From Podarcis vaucheri (Eukaryota), in the NCBI GenBank assembly GCA_965113315.1, contig OZ220369.1: a DNA stretch of 64,000 bases. One strand, written 5' to 3'. Numbering within the stretch: position 1 is the stretch's first letter; each line of letters starts with the position of its first letter. Position numbers and translations under genes: made by a program. Below are positions 13,791 to 27,523 of the stretch, piece after piece. The notes under the pieces were generated by a model. It did not search any database. It was not told the origin of the DNA and saw only the letters and a list, made by a program, of their open reading frames with translations.

Positions 13791-14048
13791 TGTGAGAAGC
13801 AAAGCTACAGGGAACCAGGCAAAGGACCTTTTCTGTAGTGGCGCCCACCCTGTGGAATGCCCTCTCGCCAGATGTCAAAGAGAAAAACAACTACCAGACT
13901 TTTAGAGGACATCTGAAGGCAGCCCTGTTTAGGGAAGCTTTTAATGTTTAATAGGTTATTGTATTTTAATATTCTGTTGGAAACTGCCCAGAGTGGCTGG
14001 GGAAACCCAGCCAGATGGGCGGGGTATAAATAATAAATTATTATTATT
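13791..14048 (+). mobile_element. L2-clade LINE 3' fragment
   Basis: Aligns with 6486-6740 and 31102-31350; short TAT tail. Confidence 0.85.
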
Positions 14049-15301
14049 TAAATATGCCTTAAATGTACAGTGTGTTGGCAGCCAACTTTTTTTAAGGAGG
14101 CTACAGAAGTGGAACCATAAACATTCCCATTGCCTGTTTCCTTGTCCCCTTTCTGTCCTTTTATGTATTTATGAGTTTCTTCTAAACAAATATTCTAAGC
14201 AATGTAGGAAAGGGGGAAAGTTTATATATATATATATTTAAGTAACGAATAATAACAGGCTTGTAAACAATAAAAGCAAAAGGTAATAAAACACAGATTA
14301 AAAATGAAATACATGGAAACGACAACATAGACAGAACAGGGGGGAAACATATTTTTTTAAAAAAACCCAGCTCACAGTAAGCATTTGTTCATCAGAATAT
14401 GTCATTCACCTGGCAAAGGCATATCAAATTAAAAGATGTCTTAATATGATAGGTGGTCACAATACTGGCAGACTAACTTATATGGGAATATATCCCATAA
14501 AACAGATACCAGCCACAGCTAAATTTCTGTAAGCCCTTCGTTTAAATGGGAGGGGAAGATTGGGGCTGTGGCCAAATGTCACCCCCCCCCCCAGGCCCGT
14601 CTACCCAGCATTCAGAACTCTACTTAGATTGCTCACCAAGCCACACCCCCTCTCCCTAGGCCACTCCCATAAGCTGCCCTGCTCTGAGCCCTTTTCTAGT
14701 GTTTCTGTTTGGTTGGAATGTGTCTTGGAACTATGACAATGCCTTTTGCTTTCCTGTATGGAAAGGGGTGCCTGTGTGCATTGAAACCTCTTGTACGCGG
14801 CTGGAATATAGCTACTATACAAAATAAGAATTGCATCATCTGGTCTACCCTCTTTTGGCTATGATTCCGCCTGCCTTTGGCATCTGGTTCCTGGAAGGCT
14901 AGCTACAAGGGAATGCAACCCTTGGGCTGAAAAAGGTACCCCATTGCCGATTTAAACACCGGCGCATGATTTATGCATCCTGTTTAGAACTGGTCTGATT
15001 TCAGCCTGTGCATCTCCCCTAATACATATTTCCCTAAGGATGTCATCACACTCCAGTTCATGTGGCTGCCAGCAGGTGGCACTGTGAGCTACAGTGTGGT
15101 GACAAAATGGGTTTTCAGAGCTTCTGGGCCATCTTAGCGGTGCCAGAAGGCAAGGAGGTGGGAATCAAAGATGCAGACAGGCATTCGGCTGGCCAAAGCC
15201 AGCCAGTGTAGGGTGGGGGGTGGGTTTGAAAGGTGGCTTGGTTGAGCTCAAGGTGGAAGCGGGTAGCGAGCATTGGCATGCAAAGCAAGCGGGGGTGCAG
15301 C

Positions 15302-15332
<31 letters not shown>

Positions 15333-15819
15333 ACATGCACGTGAAACCTTAATTCTCTACAAGCTCCAAAGTCCTCTTATTTAGTAGAGGAAATTCCCGG
15401 CACGATAATGAGCCAAAATGTGACAAAGCATCAATCAAAGAAGCTGATGGCTTCTGACCCCTTTCTAGGTTTGGTTTCATAACTTTCATATCTTTGAAGT
15501 TATGAAAAGAAGACAAGATGTGACAGGTGCTGTGCTTGGAGAAACCACTTAGTCAATTTAATTCCAGCCACCTGTGAGTAACTCTGCCGAACTACTTCAG
15601 CACATTTGAAAGTTTTTCACCCCTCTAGTAATTCCATCCTTACAATGCGCCTGCCATCAGTGCTCACTCGTTGGCTGCTCCATCAAGTGAAACATTTTAG
15701 GTTTTGAAATCTCCAGCATTTAAATGGCTGGGAGATTCCTTAAATCTTAAGCCTACCATAGAGTAAACTGTGGTTTAATTGTATTTATTTATTGTTGCGT
15801 GGGACCCCTGACCATTTGG

Positions 15820-16012
15820 TCCAGTCGTGCCCGACTCTGGGGTTGCGGCGCTCATCTCACTTTATTGGCCGAGGGAGCCGGTGTACAGCTTCCGGGTCAT
15901 GTGGCCAGCATGACTAAGCCGCTTCTGGCGAACCAGAGGAGCACACGGAAATGCTATTTACCTTCCCGCTGGAGCGGTACCTATTTAACTTGCACTTTGA
16001 CGTGCTTTTGAA
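15820..16012 (-). mobile_element. Sauria SINE, 3' part
   Basis: Reverse complement of the 3' half of the SINEs at 20514 and 56683. Confidence 0.9.
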
Positions 16013-16117
16013 CTGTATAGCTGAGTTTTGCTGGTGGTTTGCTATACTTGTTTTTAGTGTGCTTTTGTTTTTGTAAACTGCTGTGGGTTACTTTTCTTTG
16101 GAAAACGACGAACAAAT

Positions 16118-16482
16118 GTTGTTGTTGTTGTTTAGTCGTTTAGTCGTGTCTGACTCTTCGTGACCCCATGGACCAGAATACGCCAGGCACTCCTGTCTTC
16201 CACTGCCTCCCCCAGTTTGGTCAAACTCATGCTGGTAGCTTCGAGAACACTGTCCAACCATCTCGTCCTCTGTCGTCCCCTTCTCCTTGTGCCCTCCATC
16301 TTTCCCAGCATCAGGGTCTTTTCCAGGGAGTCTTCTCTTCTCATGAGGTGGCCAAAGTATTGGAGTCTCAGCTTCAGGATCTGTCCTTCCAGTGAGCACT
16401 CAGGGCTGATTTCCTTAAGAATGGATGTGTTTGATCTTCTTGCAGTCCATGGGACTCTCAACCTCCAGCACCATAATTCAAA
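16118..16482 (-). mobile_element. BovB (RTE-clade) LINE, 5'-truncated
   Basis: ORF 16132-16503 (ELWCWR..PWTARRSN.SILKEISPECSLEGQILKLRLQYFGHLMRREDSLEKTLMLGK) is the BovB RT C-terminus. (CAA)n tail; 10-bp TSD ACGAACAAAT (16108-16117, 16483-16492). Confidence 0.95.
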
Positions 16483-16640
16483 ACGAACAAATATTAACAA
16501 CAACCTTGTGTTGCAGGTTAGGCTGGGATGAGGCTACTGGTACAAGGTGCATGGCCAATGGGGATTTGAACTCAGGTCTCTTACCACTACACCACACTGA
16601 AAACTCCCATTGACTTGTACCTTGCTGTAGCTTGTTTGTT

Positions 16641-16682
16641 CCTTCCTTCCTTCCTTCCTTCCTTCCTTCCTTCCTTCCTTCC
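16641..16682. repeat. (CCTT)n microsatellite
   Basis: Direct reading. Confidence 0.95.
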
Positions 16683-17399
16683 TAGGCCTCCATTACATCT
16701 ATTTGTAGCATGTAATTAGTCCCCAGTAGATTTATTTGCATGGCTTTAGAAAGAGAGCGTCCTCTTTCATTTAAAAACCAACAAAGAAGCTTCAAGCTTT
16801 TCTTGTCTGGGGGGATCTTTCAAACACCTGTTCTTCAGAAAGTTTTAATTGCGTGCACTGCTTTGGGCAATTTATCGGGAAAGCAGCCTATCGAGTCTCA
16901 AGTTTGTGGATCCAGGTGAAGAAAAGCGACGCCCTCACCTCTCACCCAATGTGTTTCCCTCCGCTGCACATGGCTCAAGATAAAGTTTATTGTGTACAAT
17001 TTTTCACCGTATCTTCCCCTTCCTTTAATATGAGGCCTTGGAAACCAAAGTTATTACCGTAGCACCAGCCTGAGGCGGTGAAGAAAAATTGGCATACACA
17101 CTTTCATACAGTGAACTTTTGAAAGCCCTGGATTTATTTATTTTTGTTCGAAGGTAGAAATGGTGGGGGCTCGTTCCTGTCTATGTTGAGAGCAAAGGTG
17201 AACACAGGGGTTGCCGTTAACTGTATGGCATGTCCACAAACATTACCCATCAGCGGGCCTGCGTTCAGATCTCACAACATAATTTGAAAAACGCACAAAC
17301 AAATGTTAAAATGGTAACACATTTGTAAATTCTCAGGGCGCTGGAAGGACTCCCTTATGAGGGAAAGTTACCATGTTCACAAGATATTACTATGTATTT

Positions 17400-18963
17400 T
17401 TTTATTAAAAATTTTTGTTTTGTTTATTTAACATAATTGTTACAAAATATAAGCAAAATATTGCAAATACATACATACATATATATTTCAAATGAGCACA
17501 TATACATGAAAAAATAACAAAGAGAGAAGAAGAAAAGAAAAAAAAAGAAGAAAAGTTGGAAGAATTTCTCCCAAGTTTATTTTACAAATATCTCAATATG
17601 AAAATAATAAAAAAATTGCATTGACTGACTTCCATCGCTTACACTGCACTTCCTATATACATTTTAAGCAAGATTGTATCTGTTATTCCTTATTTTTCCC
17701 AATCTCATACAAATATTCTAATCAATAAGTTTTCTAAATCTCTCATAAATCTATTCTAAACACAACCAATACCTTACATTTAATCCTTGTCTGCATAAAT
17801 ACTCATTTAAGCATTTCCATTGTTTCTGGATTATATTTTTTGGTTTTTGTCTTAACAAATCAATCAATCACATAATTTATTCAACCATTCTTCTTTGATT
17901 GGAATATAATTTCTTTTCCAATTATTGGCTATGAATATTCTCGCTGCTGTTGTCACGTATAAGAAAATATTAATTTTGTCATTTGGGATGTCTCCATTCA
18001 AAATTCCTAATAAATATGATTCTGCTCTTTTATTATGTGATTTTTTATTAGCCTTTTAATTTCCTCATGTATCATATTCCAATATTTCTTAATTTTCGGA
18101 CAGGACCATCGCATATGGTATAAGGTTCCAATCATTCTATTATACCTCCAACACTTGTTATCACCCAATTTTTTCATTTTTGCCAACCTATCTGGCGACA
18201 TATACCATCTGTGATGCATCTTCATGAAGTTTTCTTTCAATTGATAAGAAGCCGTAAAAACTAAATTTTTTGTCCAAAAATTAACCCAATCTTTGTATTC
18301 GATTTCATAACCTAAAGGTGTCCCCCCCTTAATATATTCTTACTTTTGATTTCTTGATTATTTGTATATTATTTAATAATTTATGCATTTTCATATTTTT
18401 TGTTTACTCTGTAAGACTTCTTTATCTAACTTCAATATTTTATTTTCAAAGCCTCTGCTTTTTATATCTTTTTCAAAAGTCACTTTCAATTGAACATATT
18501 CCAACCAATTTATTCCCATCTTTTTAAATTCTTCATAGTCTTTTAATTTTGGTTTTTCATTCATTTCTTCCACTAACTCTTTGTAGGTTGGCCACAGTTT
18601 TCTTGCATTATTCTTGAGTGTGGAAGTTGCCTTTACTGGGGAGATCCACCACTGAGTTTTTTCTATGATTTTCTCCTTTGTTCTTTCCCAAACTTCAAAT
18701 AGAGCCTTTCTCACTAAATGATTCGTAAATCTTTTATGTACTTGTATTTTCCCATACATTAGATAGCCATGCCATCCATAAATTCTATCCCAACCTTCTA
18801 ATTGCAAAATCTCCATATTTTTAAGTAACATCCACTCTTTCAACCAGCTCTAACATGCAGCTTCATAATATCTTCTTAAATCTGGAATTGCAAAGCCTCC
18901 TATTTCTTTAGCCCCCATCATAATTTCAGATTTAATTCTAGCTTTTTTCCTTGGGGGGGGGAG
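17400..18963 (-). mobile_element. L1-clade LINE, 5'-truncated and degenerate
   Basis: ORF2 remnants at 18391-18843 and 18007-18240, the latter with a degenerate CCHC knuckle (KCWRY..GTLYHMRWSCPKIKKYW). A-rich coding strand, poly(A) end at ~17400, and an ~18-bp TSD AGATATT(AC/GG)TATGTATTT (17382-17399, 18964-18981). Confidence 0.9.
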
Positions 18964-19701
18964 AGATATTGGTATGTATTTGATATGTGCAAGGAGATTG
19001 CAACTTACACTGGTAACTCGTGCAGTCACAAGTTTCTGCAGATCACAAAAGAAAAAGAAAAAATAAAGAGGGTGTGGGATCCTTGCTTACTGGACTCTGG
19101 AGGCTCTCGCAAGATCTCACAGGAACCTCCAGAGGCCTCACATGACCTTCTCAGAACCTGGTCAACAAAGCAGAGGACTTAGAAAGGCATTTCCACAAAG
19201 GGAAAACCCTTCTCGGAAAATGGTTTTAAGCCCTCTGCCTTGCTCACCAAGCTTTGGGACAGTTGCACAAGCCTTTCTCGGAGGCTATGACATCTCTTGG
19301 GGTCATCTCAGACCTCACAAGATCTCAGACAGCCCCAATCTTGTGAGATCTCAGATGTGGTTCTGAGGCTCATTCTCACTTCGCATGATTTTGCCCTTAC
19401 AAGGAACCCCCAGGAATGTAACCCTTGCAGAAATGTCTATCGCCCTGTATCATAAAGCACCATATTGCTATTATTTTTACGATACAATAATCTTTATTGC
19501 CATTGTCCCATACAGAACAACGAAATTGAAAAATCTACATAAGACATTCAAAAATTATTATTTTTGTTACTACTACTATTACTTCTATTACTGTTATTGA
19601 TTTATTACCCCTCAGCTTGCATGTCTTTCTTTGGCCTGAGCACTGCTCCCACTTGTAGGGCTGTGTAGCACGATGGCCTCATCTTCAGACCAGCCTCTGG
19701 A

Positions 19702-19791
19702 CATAGCTGTCAACTTTTCCCTTTTCTTGCAAGGAATCCTATTCGGAATAAGGGAACTTCCCTTTAAAAAAGGAAAACATTAACAGCTATG
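19702..19791. mobile_element. 90-bp hAT MITE
   Basis: TIRs CATAGCTGTCAA...TTAACAGCTATG; perfect 8-bp TSD CCTCTGGA (19694-19701, 19792-19799). Confidence 0.85.
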
Positions 19792-20513
19792 CCTCTGGAG
19801 AAGAGCGTTGTCCTATGGGCCAAGGTACTGGCTTCCTGTAGAGTATCCCAATGTTGCTGTCTAGTTTCCTAATACCTTAGGGAAATGCAGAAGTAGTACA
19901 GGCTGTGGCATTCAACATAGGAGCAGCAGAGTCAAGGAGAGATGGGTGAGAGCCAGTACAAATTGCTGGGGCCCGGCAGTCTGGAAGGGGAACTGGGACT
20001 TAGCTATGCTGCATATTTTCCTCTGTCTTTATCATTATTTGTTGATGTTTCATTCATATGCCAGGCAGGGCATATTTGTTCACGGGTGTTTTTCCCTCCA
20101 TTATTTTGCACATCAATACAAATCCCATGTAAAGATTTTTAGCCTGTCCTTGCTGGGGGCCCTGAAGAACATTTTTTTCACCCAGGCCCAAACCCATTTT
20201 CAGCAGTTCTGAGCAGTTATGCTTTGGGGAAAGAGCTGATTAATTACTTTCCCAGCCACAGGAGAGAGAGAGAAAACAACCAGGGATATTATTGTGGGTA
20301 GAGAGAAGTACGCTCTGTGAGCCCCTTGACTACATTCTCGCACAGTACAGCACACCACTACCAAAGGAAGTATATAGCTAGAGCTGCAGCAAAGTTGAAT
20401 CTGTAAAGGGGAAGGAATGATGGTTGCAATTTGTGGAGGTGGTGGTGAATTGGGAGTGGGGAAAGAAGCCAGAAATTCTTATTTGGCTTGAATTACCGGT
20501 AAACTAAGTGTCA

Positions 20514-20870
20514 GGTACACGGGTGGTGCTGTGGGTTAAACCATAGAGCCTAGGACTTGCCAATCAGAAGGTCGGCGGTTCGAATCCCCGTGACAGGGTG
20601 AGCTCCCGTTGCTTGGTCCCTGCTCCTGCCAACCTAGCAGTTCGAAAGCACATCAAAGTACAAGTAGATAAATAGGTACCGCTCTGGCGGGAAGGTAAAC
20701 GGCATTTCCGTGCGCTGCTCTGGTTCACCAGAAGCGGCTTTGTCATGCTGACCACATGAGCTGGAAGCTGTATGCCGGCTCCCTTGGCCAATAAAGCAAG
20801 ATGAGCGCCGCAACCCCAGAGTCGGTCACAACTGGACCTAATGGTCAAGGGTCCCTTTGCCTTTACCTTA
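20514..20870 (+). mobile_element. Sauria SINE, full length
   Basis: tRNA-like A box (GGTGGTGCTGTGG) and B box (GGTTCGAATCC), body shared with 47481 and 56683, ACCTTT-type tail. Confidence 0.92.
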
Positions 20871-20877
20871 AACTAAG

Positions 20878-21080
20878 GCCTGGGAGACAAGGGGTTAAAT
20901 CCCCACTTGCTCATGAAGCTCTCTGGGTAACCTTGAGCCAGCCACTCACTCTGAGCCTAACTTACCTCACAGGGTTGTTGTGGGGGTTAAATGAGGACTG
21001 GGAGAACCAACTACATCACCTGAAACTCCTTGGAGGAAAATGTGAGGTATAAATGCAATGAAAGGAGAAAATGAAAGAAA
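20878..21080 (+). mobile_element. CORE/MIR-like squamate SINE
   Basis: Homologous to 53634-53865 (CTGGGTGACCTTG..CCTACCTCACAGGGTTGTTGTG..CTCCTTGGAGGAAA). Confidence 0.75.
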
Positions 21081-21822
21081 TAAAATCTGACCTGGAAGAG
21101 AACTTGGGGGAAGGGGTTTGTAAAACTCCCTGTTTTTGAGATATGTTTTGTGAGGTTCATTTCTGTGCCTGGAGAAATTCACACATAAGCTCGAGTTTGG
21201 TACTCTCACTGCTGGCTTGATGTTGGTTTCTCCTCTTAAGAAATTTCAGATGGGCATATGAGGACACAAAAGTAATGATTCATCTACTCAGCCTGGAGTC
21301 AGCTATCTCTAATTTCTTTCTAGGTCAACTTAAACTAATGTCACACGTCCACAACAACAACAACCACCAAAAAAGTGTAAAGCTACTGAAGGAACTTGGC
21401 AGAAGAATATGTGGCTGTCAAATCTCCTATGCACAACAGGAAAGAAAAATGGGAGGGGAGGAAAAGATATTTATTAGCAACTTTCCGCCTATTAGAAAGC
21501 ACCTTGAGTTGTCTTGGCACAATAAGTTAACATATGGAGCGAGTGTGACCTGTGTTAATTTTGTACGTATCAAGAGAGTTTGGGCAATATCAACCTCTAT
21601 GCTGTGATGGGAATTTTGGGCCCCATATGGCTGCAGGGATACAAGGAAAATATACAGCTTTTCTTTTCTTGCTTTTCTTTTCTCTCCCCCCCCCTTTTTA
21701 TTGGAAGAAACAGATTATCCTCCACATCAAACTGAAGAGTCCTCAGAAGGCTTTATTGCTACAAACTAAGCTGAAGGTGGCTCTGCGGAAGCAGCAGATC
21801 ATGTGGTTAAATAGCTCCTAGA

Positions 21823-21860
<38 letters not shown>
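21823..21860. repeat. (CTAT)n microsatellite
   Basis: Direct reading. Confidence 0.95.
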
Positions 21861-21861
<1 letters not shown>

Positions 21862-22316
21862 GATGTGAAGTCATATGGCTTCAACCAAAATCCTATGCTC
21901 CTTGAACTCATAGGGGATTACTTCAATTTGACATGCACAGAAATGCAGTAACAGTCTTAACAATGGCCTGATCATTCATCTACTTTTGAGGCAGAAGAGA
22001 GAGTGAGTGCTTGTGTGCTTCTTTGGGGGTATAGGTTTAGCTAAGAGAAGTCCAAACTAATATTGGTCTCAGACTTGTTTCTTCACATTTCACCCTATCT
22101 GTCCCACTGTAAAACATTCAATGTATGTCAGCCTTCAATAGCATGGTACCTTCCAGATGTTTTGAACCACCACTCCTATCAGGCCCAGCTAGCACAGCCA
22201 TACTGGTTGGCGATGATGGGAGCTATAATCCAAAAGAGCAGGGCAATACAGTATGGTGGGAGTTGTAGTATGAAGCAGCAGGGCAATACTGGCAGAGAAG
22301 GATGGGAGTTGTGATC

Positions 22317-22625
22317 TAGTGGCGTAGCGTGAGTAGCCAGCACCCGGGGCCTGAGGGAGGGAAACGGACAGAATACGCATGTGCATTCAACTGCCTAACG
22401 CTATTGGCATCACCCAGGAGGTTGCAGCCACAGAGATAAGAAAAGAAGAGTCATTCCATTGTCTGGAGAGGTCCTTGCTAGTTCACATGAAGAAGCCATT
22501 TTCAACAGAGCCCAGTGATGGAAGCGTGCAGCTATATTAAGGCAGCACCGGGTGTTGAAATTTTGCACCCCTAACAATATTGTAGCCAAGGCAACCCCCT
22601 GTCGTCCCCCCATGCTACACCACTG
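22317..22625. mobile_element. hAT non-autonomous element
   Basis: Termini TAGTGGCGTAGC...GCTACACCACTG; 8-bp TSD with one mismatch, TTGTGATC / TTGTGATT. Confidence 0.75.
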
Positions 22626-23339
22626 TTGTGATTCAAAACAACTGGAGGACACTCAGTTGGCAAAGATTAATGAATGTCACCCATGGCACTGTTGATCTAT
22701 ATTGCAGGTTATTTTGAAGAGGGAACGCAACTCACTCAGGGAGGGGTTATCTCAAGAAGCCAGCATGCCATTCCCTCCCAGAAGAGTTCTAATCAATATC
22801 AAGTAATCACAGATCACTTCACATAGATCTCTTTGTCAATGCCTTGACAGAATAATGAGTTATAGCCGCTGCCAACCTTTTTGGTCTTCACAGGAGCCTG
22901 ATTTCAAATACTGACCAAGATTATCAAGTCTCTGAGACATCAGTGACATGTGGCAAGCCCTTTCCTGAACTCCAAAGGGATACTTATTAAAGGAGCAACA
23001 TGAAACAGAAGACATCAAATAAGCAAAATATAGCTGTTGGTCAAAAGGTAACTATATTCATCCCCCCCCCACCTCCAGTAAATCCAAGGAGACTTGATAT
23101 CACCAGCTCAAAACATTAGCCATTTGTACACAGAGTTTCATGGCGGAGTAAAAAGAAAGGCGTTATCTGGATCTACCTTTGGTGTCTTTCCAGACTAGCG
23201 CGAAATGGGAACTTGGGAACAATGTATAGCATATTTATTAAATTGATATCCCACCCTTCTTCACAGAGAAGCCCAAGGCAGCAAACACCAAAAGATGGAA
23301 AAAATAAAATCCTCTTAAAAGCAATGCAACGTGAGAGAA

Positions 23340-24079
23340 TGTTGTGCTGATATAATAGGTGATGTAACTGCTGTTAGCCAGTCTGTCTCTCTCAAGGCAT
23401 TCCGGGCAGTGTAGTCAGCATGAAACCATGTTAGGTTTTCTTTGTGGGATGTATTATTACTAGAGCAGTCAAGTACATTTTCCTGTTGCCTAGAATGGAC
23501 ACACAGGGGAATGTGGCTCCAGGCAGGGAGAACTCCCTGTCATACCTGGTCTGGAGCTTCCTCCTCCCGTATGTGACCAGGTAGATGGGTGTGACCCTAG
23601 ATGACCAGATAAAAGGGCTGGCCACGCAACCATCTCTCTCTTGGACTCTTATTCTCTTACTCTTACTCTTGGACTGTAGCTCTCCTGGCTCTTAGCCAGC
23701 TCATGGCTCCACCTTCACATAGGATGGAGTCCACAAGCAGAAAGTATGAGATGTAGCTCAGACTTCTTTTCACTGTAACCACAAGATAAAGCCTGCCTTC
23801 AGATTACTGCTGTGAACTGAACGTGAGTAAAGCTTTATTCTTACTTTTAAAGAAGACTGTGTTGTGTTATTATTATTTTAAGGGGGAAATAAAGGGGAAA
23901 CTTACCAGGAACAATCCAGACTGAACAAGCCAGACTGGATTGCTTAATTAAAGGATTCTAATGAATCATCAACTTGCTTCCAGTAAGTTGCAAAGGGAAT
24001 GTGCTCTGTTGCTTCCTCACTAGTGTGAGTGAGGAGGGATAATACCAAATCAATATATCCTCTCCTACCTTCCTTAACA
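23340..24079 (+). mobile_element. Probable solo LTR
   Basis: TGTT...AACA ends within a longer imperfect inverted repeat, TATA-like GATAAAAGGG (~23608) followed by a CT-rich R-like tract, and AGTAAA/AATAAA signals. No clean TSD found. Confidence 0.45.
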
Positions 24080-25654
24080 TTCCCACATTCTTTGCAGCTT
24101 ATCATCGGCCATACTTCTCAGTGAAATCTGATAAAGTAAATGGCCACCCCACCTTAAAATTTTGGAGAAATGTATTTCTTCCCCACTTCCAAGAAAGCAG
24201 CAGAAAATTGGCCTCCATTTTTGCAGGGAGAATGTTTTCAGGAAACAGGGAGGGCTGAGGCAGGATTTCATCCCAGCCTTAGGTAGGAGAAAGCAATCTA
24301 GAGAAGGCACAAAACAGGATAGGAAGGCAGGGACCAAGACAGAATAAAGTGGCCTTCCTTAACCCAAAGCCATCCAGCTGTTCAATGACTACAACTTCCA
24401 TCACCCTTGACCATTGGCTATGCAGGCTGAAATAGATGGAAGCTGTGGTCCAACAACATCTAGAGGGCATCAGGTGGGGGAAGTTTTGTCTAAGAAGTAA
24501 CACACACACACACACATCACAGAGACAGAGGCTATAGAGAATAAAACTGAATTTGCAAGGGGGCAGATCAGCAAACCAAGCTTTAAGAATGAAATCTGGG
24601 AGAGAGTTATGAAATTTATATGACCCAAGAACTTCCCTATTGTTGAAATAGCTGTTCCTACTTGGCTGGAGACCTATGGCCAACAATCTAGGAGATCCTG
24701 GATGAAAGCTCAGCATCCACTGGATTGATTGGGGTGGTCATAGAAACTTGCCTGGCCTATGCCAGTAGTCTCATAATGGCTCTTAGTCTGCAGTTTAGAT
24801 GAGTCATGTGGCCATCTCTGGCTATTGTGTGTGAGAGAGAGTAAAGCTACACTTGGTCAGAAGTTCACAAGATACATCCCTCCCCCATGAAAAGCTAGGA
24901 GGAGAATCTCCTTTAGAGGTGACCTCAGTGCTCTTAAGTGCCATCAGGGATCACAGCCTGTTTGCATCAATGAAGTATATCCACAACCATGAACAAAGAG
25001 AGAGGTTTGGTGCCAAGTCTTCAGGCACCTTGTTGCCATGATTACAAATCAAGGGAAAGTAATATCCTTTATTGGCAATCAAGGGTAGGAAGCACATCAC
25101 CAACCTCCATTGATTTCTCCATTTATCTTGAAAAGAAGCCAGGAACAGTTGAGTCTCAACAAGGCAGAAGAGAAGCAGAGGAAATGGGACAGAAGGGTGA
25201 CCCCCCCACCACCATGAATCACATATGTATCCCACTGGCTACCTTTGCCTGGCATCCATGAGGTTACCACCTTTGACCAGGTGTGGGAAACCTCATAACT
25301 GGATGCTGAATGTGGCTTTCCGGATCTCTCAGGGTCATGTCCCTTAAAGGGTCCTTAAAGTGTGGTGATGCCTCTGGATGAAGAGAGAAGTGTTAGCATA
25401 GAACCCTCTGCCTTCCATGTGGTTTAAATGTATCCTGATGTGGAAAAGTAAGTGTCACATCCATTGCACCACCCATATTTTCCTCCACCTCTGCTCACCA
25501 CTAGAATGTGCCACCTAGAAGGCTGTTCATGAGGGAATGTGGTCCTTGGGTAGAAAGAGACCCCCTATCCCTGCCTAGGACCTTTGCACAGCCTTGTGTG
25601 TTTAGTAAGGCTGAGGAATAGTGGTGGGTTCATGATCACGCAGTGAACTTCATA

Positions 25655-26005
25655 AGCACCTAAGGAGAGCCTACTGGGTCAGGCCAAAGACCCAACTAGT
25701 CCAGCTTCCTATTCTCTGATGCTTGAGGGAAACCTACAAGCAGGATCTCAACAAAAGGACACTCTCCCCTCCTGCTGTTTTCAGCAACTACTATTCAGAA
25801 GCATTGCTACCATAGCAATCATGGCTGGTAGCCACTGAAAATCTTATCCTCCATGAATTTGTCCAGTCTTCTTTTAAAGTCATCAAGCATGGTAGCCACC
25901 AATGCCTCCTGGGGGAGCAAGTTCTATAGTTTAAGTATGCGCTGCATGAAGAAGGGCTTTCTTTTATCTGTCCTGAATCTTCCAACATTCAGCATCATTG
26001 GATTC
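25655..26005 (-). mobile_element. CR1-type LINE 3' fragment
   Basis: Homologous to 10435-10755 and 48770-49060. Confidence 0.75.
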
Positions 26006-26677
26006 ATGGGACTTCATTTTCCTGGACCCAGAACCACCCTTTCCCCCCTTTTTCCTATAGCACCACAAATCCCACTTCACCATTTTTAAACTCCTTCAGG
26101 TATACAACTGTATTAATAGTTTTATGTATTGGGTAAAACAGTTTTGTAGCTCCCTCAGGATCCCGAGGAGTGAAAATGAGATGAGTCTGCGGTCCTCTTT
26201 TGTACTCATCAACTTTACTGAAAGCAGTTTCAGGATAAACATTGAATAAATCACCAGCACAATCCAAAAACAGCAGGACAGTGAATTTGTCCTAGACTTT
26301 ATTGGGCAAGGCTGAAGAGAACCTTCCTTGCATAACAGCCACGGCCTTCAAAGAAAGTCAAGATGGTGATTTGCACCATCGAGAAATGTGACCCAAGTCT
26401 CCAGCAGAGACCAAATATTAGGGACAAAAAGAACTCCATAACCTCAATTTGTCAACACCTGCAACTGCAGTTTCTCATGGAATGAAGCGGGGATGCTCTT
26501 CCACCTGGGTTAATTCATTTAAATGCATGCAAAGTTGAACTGGCCCATTGCCACACAATGAAGTTAAAGAAGCAAGTGCAAAATTCATCAGGTCTGCGAT
26601 CTGCACTTCTTTGGTAGAGGTCTTGATAAGTCATTTACCTATCTCTGATTGGCTGGGGTCACAATGCACATGCTTGA

Positions 26678-26857
26678 TGCTTTGGAATCTGCCTCATGCC
26701 AAGTCAGAACACTAAGTTCAGTATTGTCAACACTGGCTGGCAATGGCTCTTCAAGGTTTCCGGCAGGAGTCTTCTGGAGCCCTACCTAAGAATGCCAGGG
26801 ATTGGACCTTGGGACCTTCTACATGCAAATCAGATGTTCTACCACACAGCTATGGCC
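26678..26857 (-). mobile_element. tRNA-derived SINE
   Basis: Reverse complement of the family at 36089-36266. Confidence 0.7.
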
Positions 26858-27523
26858 TGTGCCTACAGTTCCCACAGAGGTCTCTGATTCAGACCAGACC
26901 AGACCAGCACTTGAGGCTGAAGGCTTTGAGTGGGAGGACAGAAGGAAGAGACTATGAAGCAGACACCACTTGATGAATCACCACTCTGCCCTCAGATGTG
27001 CTGGGACCTCATGAGATGGGAGATTCAGGGGCTACCCCTTCTCTGCCTGTGAAGCATGAGGTGGACTCAGGGACACAACCTACCATGACACAGTAGGAAA
27101 ATTCAGAGAAGGTGCGCCCATCTGCCAGGGGGAGGTGATGCCTCAGGAGAAGAGGACCCCCTCCCCCGAGAAGTGCCTGTCTTCAGGCCAGGAATTCTTG
27201 CAGGAGGAAGGATTCTTGTTACTGAGGTTTCTCCATGCTTGCTTTAAGACTTGGTGAGTAGGCGAGGAACCTTGTTGGAACAGCTTCGTTGCTCCCATGC
27301 ATTTCTGGACCTCTTGCTACTGATCTTGGACTCTTGAACATTTATTGGTATCAATGTTCGGATTTATTGCCATTACTCCATTGCCTTGTTAAAGCACAAG
27401 GACCAGTCTCTGCTCTTTCCTATCTGCTGGGTTTGTACTGCTAGACTGCTACCACAAAAGTTTACTTCTTTACTTATGAGTAAACACCTCTGTGCTTTGG
27501 TTTTGGGAGCGAGCCAGGACAGA
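26858..27523 (+). mobile_element. Probable solo LTR inserted at the SINE head
   Basis: TGT...GGACA(GA) ends, GGCC on both sides (26854-26857, 27524-27527), a TTTAAGA TATA-like site and an AGTAAA signal. Confidence 0.55.
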
